From contig CAYUSS010000002.1 of the NCBI GenBank assembly GCA_964447515.1, positions 11,020-75,019 on the forward strand: a DNA stretch of 64,000 nucleotides, written 5' to 3'. The position numbers were made by a program, and so were the translations under genes. Each line of letters starts with the position of its first letter. Within the stretch, counting starts at the first letter, position 1. Positions 43,061-51,528 of the stretch are shown piece after piece. The notes below the pieces were generated by a model. The model searched no databases. It worked only from the letters and a program-made list of their open reading frames with translations, and was not told the origin of the DNA. The stretch comes from an uncultured Candidatus Saccharibacteria bacterium (lineage in GTDB: Bacteria > Patescibacteriota > Minisyncoccia > Minisyncoccales > GWA2-38-27).

Positions 43061-44530
43061 ATGAATTACCAATCCATTGTTGGCCTGGAAATACATGTGG
43101 AATTAAAGACAAACTCAAAAATGTTTTGTTCTTGTAAGAACGATCCTAATGAGAGACATCCCAATGTCAATGTTTGTCCTATTTGTATGGGACACCCGGG
43201 GACGCTTCCGGTCATCAATAAAGAAGCGGTAAGAAAAGTAATAAAAACGGGATTGGCTTTGAATTGTCAAATTCCCGAAGATTCAAAATTTGACAGGAAA
43301 AACTATTTTTATCCTGATTTACCAAAAGGATACCAAATATCTCAATATGATAAGCCTATTTGTAAAGGAGGTTTTTTGAAAATCAATGGTAAAAAAATTC
43401 GGATAACCAGAGTTCACCTTGAAGAAGATACGGGAAGATTAATTCATCCTCAAGGGGAAGATTATTCTTTGATTGATTTTAATCGGGCCGGAATCCCTTT
43501 AATGGAATTGGTTACTGAGCCGGATTTGAGAACAGCTAAAGAGACAAGAAAATTTGCCCAAGAGTTTCAATTAATTTTAAGATACCTTGGAGTTTCTGAC
43601 GCTGATATGGAAAAAGGACAACTTAGAGTGGAGGTAAATATTAGTTTAAGTAAAAGTCAAAAGTTAGGAACCAAAGTAGAAATTAAGAACCTAAATTCAT
43701 TTAGAACAGTAGAGCAAGCAATTGATTATGAGATTGAAAGACAGACAAAGGTTTTAGATTCTGGTAAAAAGGTTGTTCAAGAAACTCGAGGCTGGGATGA
43801 GAAAAAACAAAAAACAGTAAGTCAACGAGAAAAAGAAGATGCCTATGATTATAGATACTTTCCAGAACCTGATTTACCGACTCTTTGTTTGGATAAGAAT
43901 TTTATTCAAGAGATAAGAGCAGAGATTTCTGAGTTACCTCAACAAAAGAGAAAAAGGTTTGTTAGAGAATATAATTTGTTAGAAAAAGAAATTGAGATTT
44001 TTGTTCAAAACAAAGATTTGAGTGAATATTTTGAAAAAGTAGTTTCAGAATTGATAAACTGGATAAAAATAGTTGAATTTAAAACAAAAATTTCTGAACA
44101 GGAAAAGAACAAACTGATTAAACTTGCCACAAATTATATTATTACTGACCTTCAAAGATTACTTAAAAGAGCTCTAGTTTCTGGAAAAGATTTTTTAATC
44201 ACTCCGGAAAATTTTGCTGAGCTTATTACTTTAATTTACGAAGGGAAAATAACCAGCAAAATAGCCAAACAGGTTTTAGAAGAAATGTTTGGAACAGGCG
44301 CTGACCCCTCCCATATTATTAAAGAAAAGGGCTGGACTCAATTAACCAATGAAGAAGAAATTAAAAAAATAATAGAAAATGTTATTTCAAAAAATCAAAA
44401 AGTAGTTGAGGAGTATAAAAAAGGTAAAGAAAATGCCCTTCAATTTTTAGTAGGGCAGGTGATGGGTATCAGCAAAGGAAGAGCTAATCCCGAAATAGTT
44501 AATCGCTTACTAAAAGAAATGGTCGGCTAG
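43061..44530 (+). CDS. gatB: Asp/Glu-tRNA amidotransferase subunit B
   Basis: VGLEIHVELKTNSKMFC...CPICMGHPGTLP...HLEEDTGRL...NRAGIPLMELVTEPD is typical of GatB. Confidence 0.95.
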   Translation: MNYQSIVGLEIHVELKTNSKMFCSCKNDPNERHPNVNVCPICMGHPGTLPVINKEAVRKVIKTGLALNCQIPEDSKFDRKNYFYPDLPKGYQISQYDKPICKGGFLKINGKKIRITRVHLEEDTGRLIHPQGEDYSLIDFNRAGIPLMELVTEPDLRTAKETRKFAQEFQLILRYLGVSDADMEKGQLRVEVNISLSKSQKLGTKVEIKNLNSFRTVEQAIDYEIERQTKVLDSGKKVVQETRGWDEKKQKTVSQREKEDAYDYRYFPEPDLPTLCLDKNFIQEIRAEISELPQQKRKRFVREYNLLEKEIEIFVQNKDLSEYFEKVVSELINWIKIVEFKTKISEQEKNKLIKLATNYIITDLQRLLKRALVSGKDFLITPENFAELITLIYEGKITSKIAKQVLEEMFGTGADPSHIIKEKGWTQLTNEEEIKKIIENVISKNQKVVEEYKKGKENALQFLVGQVMGISKGRANPEIVNRLLKEMVG

Positions 44531-44646
44531 CCCGGGCAGGATGGAAAGATTATTTTAAATTAATTAGCAATTCTGGCTACCTCCCCCACTTTTTTTGAAA
44601 AGTGGAGGGTCAAGAGAGAGAAAGGAATCTTCCTCTTTTTTTTGTC

Positions 44647-45525
44647 TTAAAACTCTTTTACTAATTTTTCTGCATCTCGGTAATTTTTTAGCCATTTAAT
44701 TCGTTTGTCGCGTTTGAACCAGGTCATTTGCCTTTTAGCGAAGTGTTCAATATCTTTTTGGAGCTTTTCTATCATTTCCTCATAATTTATCTTCTTTTGT
44801 AAATATCTGGCAATCCAACGGTACTCTAAGCCGAAGCTTTCTAATCTAGCCCACGAAAGGCCGGAGTTTTTTAGTTTCCTTACTTCACTAATCATACCTT
44901 TTTTAATTCTTTTGACCAATCTTTTAGCGATTAGCTTTTTTAATTCTTCCGGAGTTTTTTTAATTCCGATTATTAAAAGAGCAAAATCAGATTTTTCTTT
45001 TTTCAATGTCGGTACTGGTTTGTTGGTTTTAATCACAATTTCCAATGCCCTAATTAATCTTCTTTTATTTTTTGGTTCAATTGTTTTGGCTCTTCTCGGG
45101 TCCATTTTTTTTAGTTCTTCAAAAAGTTCTTTTATGGTTTTCTTTTCTAATTTTTTTCTCAATTTCCAATCTGGTTCTACTTTTGGAATTATTAATTTAT
45201 CAACCACAGCTTGAATATAGAAGCCGGTTCCGCCGCAGAGAATAGGGACTTTACCTATTCTATGGATTTTTTTAATTGCCTGTAGTCCTTCTTTTTTAAA
45301 TCGGGCAACAGTATATTTTCTTTTTGGGCTGGCAACATCAAGTAGATGATGGGGGACACCTCGCATTTCTTTTTTTGTGATTTTGCCAGTTCCAATATCC
45401 ATCCCTTTATAAACCTGCCGCGAATCAGCCGAAACCACCTCGCCGTTAAATTTCTTAGCCATCTTCACCGCTAATTCACTTTTCCCACTCGCCGTCGGTC
45501 CTAAAATAACAATTAGTTTTTTCAT
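44647..45525 (-). CDS. miaA: tRNA dimethylallyltransferase
   Basis: P-loop ILGPTASGKS, DSRQVYKGMDIGTGK. Start moved to the ATG at 45525, which forms an ATGA overlap with the miaB stop. Confidence 0.9.
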   Translation of the reverse strand: MKKLIVILGPTASGKSELAVKMAKKFNGEVVSADSRQVYKGMDIGTGKITKKEMRGVPHHLLDVASPKRKYTVARFKKEGLQAIKKIHRIGKVPILCGGTGFYIQAVVDKLIIPKVEPDWKLRKKLEKKTIKELFEELKKMDPRRAKTIEPKNKRRLIRALEIVIKTNKPVPTLKKEKSDFALLIIGIKKTPEELKKLIAKRLVKRIKKGMISEVRKLKNSGLSWARLESFGLEYRWIARYLQKKINYEEMIEKLQKDIEHFAKRQMTWFKRDKRIKWLKNYRDAEKLVKEF

Positions 45526-46838
45526 GATGTTTGATGATAACAAATTTCTCCTCTTAATCCAAAAGAATCAACTTTGACGATTTTGACAGTATCTATATTG
45601 CCAATATCTATTTTTTGTTCTTTGTTCTTTATTCTTTGTTTAATTTTCACCGTCTTAAAACTCCTTGTTTTGCCCAAAACAAAGCCATCTTTGATTTTCT
45701 CAATCAAGACTTTCACAGTTTTGCCAACATATTTTTTATTTTTTTTCAAGGCGGCTTTTTTGAGCATGTCTGTAAGAATTTTTTCTCTTCTCTTTTTTTC
45801 TTGAGGAGAAACATTATCTTCCATTTTAGCAGCCAGCGTGCTCGGTCGGGGAGAGTAGCGGGCAATATATGCCATATCAAATTTTATTTCTCTCATCAAT
45901 TTAGCGGTATTTTCAAATTGTTTTTTTGTTTCTCCAGGAAACCCGACAATAACGTCTGTGGAAATAGCAACAGGCAATTCGCCGGGCCGGTATTTTTTAA
46001 ATGCCTGTCTGATTTTTTTAATTAAATTTTTATAATGACTAACAGTATAATGCCGGTTCATTTTTTTTAAAACCTGATTATCGCCGCTCTGAGCTGGCAA
46101 ATGCACATATTCGCAAACTTTTCGGCTTTTTGCCATTGTTTCAATTAACTCATCAGACATATCTTTAGGATGACTGGTGATAAACCGCAGCCAAAAATCG
46201 CCTCGTATGTCGTTAATCATTTTTAATAATTTAGGAAAATTTATTATTTTTGATTTTTGCCTGCCCGTCGTAGCCTTGGCGTAGGCGGGAATTTTGGATT
46301 TGGAATTTATTTGGGATTTGATGCTTGGGATTTTGGATTTATAACTATTGACATTCTGCCCTATTAAAACAACCTCTTTATAGCCCTTTTTGACTAAAGA
46401 TTCTACTTCGCGAATAATTTCCGAGGTAGGGCGTGATATTTCTCGTCCCCGAGTATATGGGACAACGCAATAAGAACAGAAATTATTACAACCAGTCATA
46501 ATTGGCACAAAAGCAGTAAAATTGCTTTGGTATCGCGGCTGACATCCAAAATAACTGCTAGGATGCCAAAAACCAGCCACTTTATCTTTCAGTGCCTTTT
46601 TATCTTTTTCCAAAACACAGCCAGTCAAGATAATTTTTTTGGCTTTATAATATTTATTTACTTTAGCATAAACTCGGTCAACGGCTGATTGTCTGACGGA
46701 ACAAACATTAATAATAATTAAATCAGCCTGATTTTCTTTTTTAACCGGCTTATGTCCAGATTTTTCCAAAACTGCAGCAATTTTTTCACTATCTGATTTG
46801 TTCATCTGGCAGCCAAAAGTAATAATGAAGTATTTCAT
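45522..46838 (-). CDS. miaB: tRNA-2-methylthio-N6-dimethylallyladenosine synthase (radical SAM MTTase)
   Basis: N-terminal Cys triad (FGCQMN, NVCSVR, GCV), radical-SAM CNNFCSYC, C-terminal TRAM domain. An in-frame repeat insert lies at about 46245-46340. Confidence 0.9.
   Translation of the reverse strand: MKYFIITFGCQMNKSDSEKIAAVLEKSGHKPVKKENQADLIIINVCSVRQSAVDRVYAKVNKYYKAKKIILTGCVLEKDKKALKDKVAGFWHPSSYFGCQPRYQSNFTAFVPIMTGCNNFCSYCVVPYTRGREISRPTSEIIREVESLVKKGYKEVVLIGQNVNSYKSKIPSIKSQINSKSKIPAYAKATTGRQKSKIINFPKLLKMINDIRGDFWLRFITSHPKDMSDELIETMAKSRKVCEYVHLPAQSGDNQVLKKMNRHYTVSHYKNLIKKIRQAFKKYRPGELPVAISTDVIVGFPGETKKQFENTAKLMREIKFDMAYIARYSPRPSTLAAKMEDNVSPQEKKRREKILTDMLKKAALKKNKKYVGKTVKVLIEKIKDGFVLGKTRSFKTVKIKQRIKNKEQKIDIGNIDTVKIVKVDSFGLRGEICYHQTS
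46245..46340. repeat. composite insert in miaB: G+C-rich palindrome flanked by AAATC/GATTT words
   Basis: Core CCTGCCCGTCGTAGCCTTGGCGTAGGCGGG at 46261-46290. Encodes KSKIPSIKSQINSKSKIPAYAKATTGRQKSKIINF on the minus strand. Confidence 0.75.
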
Positions 46839-46875
46839 ACTAATTATGTGAAGTATTTGCTATTTTACAACAAAA

Positions 46876-46900
46876 AAACAGTCCTTGAAAGGGCTGTTTT
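46876..46900 (-). terminator. hairpin with flanking A/T runs downstream of the 46923..47897 gene
   Basis: CAGTCC-TTGAAA-GGGCTG with an A run on one side and a T run on the other (bidirectional form). Confidence 0.6.
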
Positions 46901-46922
46901 TTTTGTTTGGGCTTCAAAATTT

Positions 46923-47897
46923 TTATTCAGTTGCTTTTTTCCCCTCTAATCTTTTTTGTATTCTTTCTTTTGCTTCTATAATCTTTTCTTTAAGTTCTGG
47001 TTTTTCTTTTAATTCAAATTTTAGGTTTTCTAATATTTTGAGCTGTGTTTCTTTGACCCCGCTTATTTTGTCAATATATTCTTTAAATTTTTCTTGGTCT
47101 TCGGGAGACATTTTTTCTAAATCTCCCTTCAATCTTTTCAGAGCATTTTCCTGGGCTTTTTGAATTGCTTCTTTGGCTTGTTCGGGCACTTTTTCTTCGA
47201 GTTCTATCAAAACCTCTAAATTCTTAAAGTTTTTATATTTACTTCCCTTTATCACTTCTATAATCTTTTCTAATGTTTCTCTGATTTTTTCTGGTCTATC
47301 TTCAAGATTGGTCATTACTTCACCAAATTTCTCCAAGTGTCTTTCCCTCGCTTCTTCTATCTTTTCAAAAACCTCTGAAGAAACTTGGGTTTCTAATTTC
47401 TGGAGGAGTTTTTGGTGCAAAATCTGGTATTTGGTAAATTTATTCAGAAAACTGTCTACTTCCGGACTCTCAGCTGCTTTCTCTTTTATTTGGTCTACTG
47501 CCACTTTAACTTTTTCCACTTCTTTTTGATAATTTTCCAGACCCTTTTTAACGGCTTGAGTACTCTTTTTCTCTTCAACCATTTTCTTAATTTCTATCAG
47601 CTTTTCATTGGCAAACTTCGCTTTCAATTCAGCTTTTTTTACTTTGTTAAAAGTAAAGAAGGAGAGAATTCCTCTACCCCAATTTTTCAAGAAATAAAAA
47701 GGACTATCTGGTAAGAGTTTTGGCTCTTTTACGTCCAAATCTTCAGTTGAGACTTCTTCATCAAGAGCTGCCTCTTCCATTATTTCTTGCTCAATTGTTT
47801 CAACGGTTAAATCTTCTTGGGCAAAGGCGGTAAAACCTATTCCTAATCCTAAGCAGATTATTGATGAGATTAAAATAAATTTTATTGAATTATACAT
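46923..47897 (-). CDS. hypothetical secreted coiled-coil protein
   Basis: Signal-peptide-like N-terminus (ILISSIICLGLGIGFTAFA) and a long Glu/Lys-rich helical region. No family assigned. Confidence 0.5.
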   Translation of the reverse strand: MYNSIKFILISSIICLGLGIGFTAFAQEDLTVETIEQEIMEEAALDEEVSTEDLDVKEPKLLPDSPFYFLKNWGRGILSFFTFNKVKKAELKAKFANEKLIEIKKMVEEKKSTQAVKKGLENYQKEVEKVKVAVDQIKEKAAESPEVDSFLNKFTKYQILHQKLLQKLETQVSSEVFEKIEEARERHLEKFGEVMTNLEDRPEKIRETLEKIIEVIKGSKYKNFKNLEVLIELEEKVPEQAKEAIQKAQENALKRLKGDLEKMSPEDQEKFKEYIDKISGVKETQLKILENLKFELKEKPELKEKIIEAKERIQKRLEGKKATE

Positions 47898-48007
47898 AAT
47901 TGTATAATGAAAATCTACGAACTTAATGCCAATTATGCGAATTACTAATAATACTAATTATATTCGCAATTAGTAGATTGGTATTAAATTAGTAGATTAG
48001 CATCATG

Positions 48008-49696
48008 TTAGTGGATTTTCTCTTTTTTCTCCTTCAAAAAGTATCTCCATTGTTCTAAGAATTCTATGAAAACTGAAAAGGGCATATCAATTAAAGCAGT
48101 GAAAAAGACAGCTATAATATTATATCTTTTCCAGCGGCCTGTTAGCCATTTTCCTAATTGAATTATAGGCACCGCAAATAAGTCAACAAGGAAAGGAAGA
48201 AATGTTTCTTTTTCTTCAATCACCTCTAATTCTTTAGCTCTTTGTCTGATTTTTGCTCCGGCAAAAGTAATTAAAGAGAAAAAGATAATAAAAATTAAAT
48301 AAGAAAGAGGAGGAAAGTTTATCTGATAAAGCCCCCAAACTATTAAGCTGATAATAATACAAAAGCCAAGAAGATAGAAAAGCTTTATTACCACATTAAA
48401 AATAAAACTTTTTTTTGGGAAGGCCTTTATTTCGTAAATATCTTTTTTTTCTCTTTGATAGACAATTTTCATAACTTCCATTATTGTCTGTTCAAGATTT
48501 CCTTTTCTTGGGGGTCTAATAGTGATAACCAAAAAGAACATTAAAACAGTGGGAACAACAATATCTATGGCCATAGCTGAAGGATAAAAAGCACAGTCGG
48601 TAACCCATTTGTTAAAAGGAATTTCTATAGCCAGGAGGGAGACAATGTTAGTAAGAAAAATCGATAAAGTAGCATAGAAAGCAGCTCTGCCCAATCGTGA
48701 TTTAAGAGTTTTTAATCTCTTGTTATAAACTTTCCTGATTAAACTTTCTAAAATCTCCGGTTTTGAGATTTTTTCTTTTATTACCATTGGTTCTTCAGAA
48801 ATAATATCTCCCAAAAGCAAATAAGGAGTATCATATTTTTCAGAGATTTGATAGAACTTGCCTGCAAAAGGATGATTCAAATCTTTTTCTATAGTTTCCC
48901 GAATTGAATAAATATTTCTGGTAATTTCCTTAAGCTCGGTTTCTGAAAAATTTTTCCATTTTGGATATTGATATTTTAAAAGATGGTAACTGATGATTGG
49001 CCAATCCAATTTAAATAAGGCCTGCTGGACTGCAATATAAATTTGGATGTTTTTTTCTTTTTCATTCATTCCTTTTATTGCTAAGGTTTCTTGGTTTACC
49101 CCGTTAGAGATACTTTCCTTCTGTGTTTTTTCTCTTCCCTCGGAATCTCTAACGGGGTTGAGCTTAATCCGTTCTTTCATTAATTCAAACATATAGTTTA
49201 TTAAAGCTCTTTCTCTCAAGGAAGGACTGATGATTTCCTCTATTTCGCAGGCAGCAATTGAAGATAACCAGGTATAAAGTTGAATTTTTGATTTTTTTTG
49301 TTGGGAGGGACTATGATTTAGAATAAAAACATATTTATCAATTATCCCTTGAACTTCTTTAATTTTTGTTTCCTCAATTTTATTATTTGGGAAATGTCCG
49401 CCCCGAATTAATTCTAAGATTAGAGGTTTAGCAATTAAATTTTTAGAAAAACCTCCATTAACTATATCTATCTGTGAAAAAAGTCTTCTTTTTAATATTC
49501 TTTCAATTGCTCTTCTTTTTAAAAGATATTCTTCTTTCCAGTCTATAATTCCTCTTATTTTTTCGTAAAAAGCGGCCACTCTTGAGGCGACTTCATCCAC
49601 ATGAATTGTTGGCACTCCTTCTTTGGGTTGGAGAGATTGATGCCAAAATTGATACTGCTGAATAAGTTTTTGAGTTGGCTGAGAAAATTCAGGCAT
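48008..49696 (-). CDS. hypothetical multi-pass membrane protein
   Basis: 562-aa ORF with several C-terminal TM segments. An in-frame palindrome lies at 49099-49157. Confidence 0.5.
   Translation of the reverse strand: MPEFSQPTQKLIQQYQFWHQSLQPKEGVPTIHVDEVASRVAAFYEKIRGIIDWKEEYLLKRRAIERILKRRLFSQIDIVNGGFSKNLIAKPLILELIRGGHFPNNKIEETKIKEVQGIIDKYVFILNHSPSQQKKSKIQLYTWLSSIAACEIEEIISPSLRERALINYMFELMKERIKLNPVRDSEGREKTQKESISNGVNQETLAIKGMNEKEKNIQIYIAVQQALFKLDWPIISYHLLKYQYPKWKNFSETELKEITRNIYSIRETIEKDLNHPFAGKFYQISEKYDTPYLLLGDIISEEPMVIKEKISKPEILESLIRKVYNKRLKTLKSRLGRAAFYATLSIFLTNIVSLLAIEIPFNKWVTDCAFYPSAMAIDIVVPTVLMFFLVITIRPPRKGNLEQTIMEVMKIVYQREKKDIYEIKAFPKKSFIFNVVIKLFYLLGFCIIISLIVWGLYQINFPPLSYLIFIIFFSLITFAGAKIRQRAKELEVIEEKETFLPFLVDLFAVPIIQLGKWLTGRWKRYNIIAVFFTALIDMPFSVFIEFLEQWRYFLKEKKEKIH
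49099..49157. repeat. CCCCGTTAGAGAT...ATCTCTAACGGGG palindromic element (perfect 13-bp arms) in frame in the membrane ORF
   Basis: Encodes NPVRDSEGREKTQKESISNGV on the minus strand. Same family as 13535-13593. Confidence 0.8.
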
Positions 49697-49803
49697 AAGT
49701 TATATGACGATGACAATGACAATGACTTTTTATTGTGAAATTTGATTATAAGTAAATATCACTTTTGTTATCGTTATTGTTATTGTCTTTTCCTTTGTTA
49801 TTG

Positions 49804-51528
49804 TCATTTTTTATTTTCTATTCCTTTTTTGATTTTTTCAATAAATTTATCAAGTTTCATCATCCCCAAATCTTTGTTTTTGGAGCGGACGCGGACAGAT
49901 TGAGATTTTATTTCTTTATCGCCAACTACTAAGATATATGGGATTTTTTGGAGTTCGCCTTCGCGCACTCTTTTAGAGACGGTTTCGTTTTCATCTTTCA
50001 TCTTCACTCTAAAGGAGCTAAGCTCCTTTTTAACTTGTTGGGCGTATTTTTCGTGGCGGGAGCCGAGCGGAATAATCCAGACCTGAACCGGAGCCAGCCA
50101 CAAAGGCAGGGCACCAGCATAATGCTCTAATAAAACACCAATAAATCTTTCCATAGAACCGAGTAAGGCCCGATGAATCATATATGGCTCGCGTTTTTTT
50201 CCTTTTGCGTCCACATAAGCCATTTTAAACTTCTCTGGCAGATTAAAGTCAAACTGAATTGTGGTGCACTGCCATTCACGGCCTAAAGAGTCTTTGATTT
50301 TAATATCAATTTTCGGACCGTAAAATACTCCGCCACCCTCATCAGTCTTGTATTTTAATTTTAGTTTGTTCAAGACAAATTTCAGGGTTTTGGTTGCTTT
50401 GTCCCAGCTCTTAATGGTCCCAGCGTATTTTTCTGGCCGGGTGGAAAGATAGATATCAAATTCTTTAAAGCCGAAAGTTTTTAGAATTTCTAAACCGTGT
50501 TTTAAATTTCCAGCCAACTCATCGCTTAATTGTTCAGGGGTGCAGATAATATGAGCGTCATCTTGGGTAAAGCCTCGAACCCGAGTTAAGCCGTGCAAAA
50601 CCCCGGACTTTTCATAACGGTAAACAGTTCCTAATTCAGCGTAGCGGAGGGGTAAATCCCGGTAGCTTCTGATTTTGGAGTTGTAAATCTTAACATGGAA
50701 AGGGCAGTTCATCGGCTTGAGCATATACTCTTCTTCATCAATTTTGATGGGGGAATACATATTTTCCCGATAAAAATTCCAATGGCCTGAAGTTTTCCAA
50801 AGATTTAAATTAGCAATGTGGGGAGTTACCACCCACTGATAGCCATTGGAGATTAATTCTTCGTATAAATAATCTTCAATAATATGGCGGAGAACAGCCC
50901 CCTTGGGAAGCCAAAGAGGAAGTCCGGCTCCGATTTCTTGATCCCACATAAAAAGCTCTAATTTATGTCCCAAAACCCGATGGTCTCTTTTTTCCGCTTC
51001 TTCTTGAAGCTTTAAATATTTATCAAGCTCTTTTTTATTTTCAAAAGCTATGCCGTAAATCCTGGTGAGCATTTTATTTTTTTCATCTCCTTTCCAATAA
51101 GCACCCGCAATTTTTGTTAATTTAAAAGCATTGATTGGTATTTCTTTGGTTGACCTAATATGGGGTCCCTTGCAAAGGTCAATAAAATGACCACATTGAT
51201 ATACAGAAACTTTACTACGAGGACGGGCCTCGTAGAGCTCGTTTATTAGTTCTAATTTATAAGATTGGTCTTTGAATATTTTTTTGGCTTCTGCTTTGGA
51301 AACTATTTTTTTCTTAAATTTCAAATTTTTTTTAATTAGTTCTTTCATCTTTTTTTCAATTCGCGGCAGATCCGAAGGAGCTAAGCTGCTTTTTAGGCCA
51401 AAGTCGTAATAAAAGCCCGACTCAATAGCCGGTCCAATACCAAATTTGCTCCCGGGAAATAATTCTTGGACAGCCAAAGCCATTATGTGAGCTAAGGAAT
51501 GGCGAATAGTATCAATTTTTGTTTTCAT
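49804..51528 (-). CDS. thrS: threonine--tRNA ligase (no TGS domain)
   Basis: Starts in the editing/SAD region (IRHSLAHIMA). Class II core (MNCPFH, FRYEKSGVLHGLTRVRGFTQDDAH) and an anticodon-binding domain. Confidence 0.93.
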   Translation of the reverse strand: MKTKIDTIRHSLAHIMALAVQELFPGSKFGIGPAIESGFYYDFGLKSSLAPSDLPRIEKKMKELIKKNLKFKKKIVSKAEAKKIFKDQSYKLELINELYEARPRSKVSVYQCGHFIDLCKGPHIRSTKEIPINAFKLTKIAGAYWKGDEKNKMLTRIYGIAFENKKELDKYLKLQEEAEKRDHRVLGHKLELFMWDQEIGAGLPLWLPKGAVLRHIIEDYLYEELISNGYQWVVTPHIANLNLWKTSGHWNFYRENMYSPIKIDEEEYMLKPMNCPFHVKIYNSKIRSYRDLPLRYAELGTVYRYEKSGVLHGLTRVRGFTQDDAHIICTPEQLSDELAGNLKHGLEILKTFGFKEFDIYLSTRPEKYAGTIKSWDKATKTLKFVLNKLKLKYKTDEGGGVFYGPKIDIKIKDSLGREWQCTTIQFDFNLPEKFKMAYVDAKGKKREPYMIHRALLGSMERFIGVLLEHYAGALPLWLAPVQVWIIPLGSRHEKYAQQVKKELSSFRVKMKDENETVSKRVREGELQKIPYILVVGDKEIKSQSVRVRSKNKDLGMMKLDKFIEKIKKGIENKK

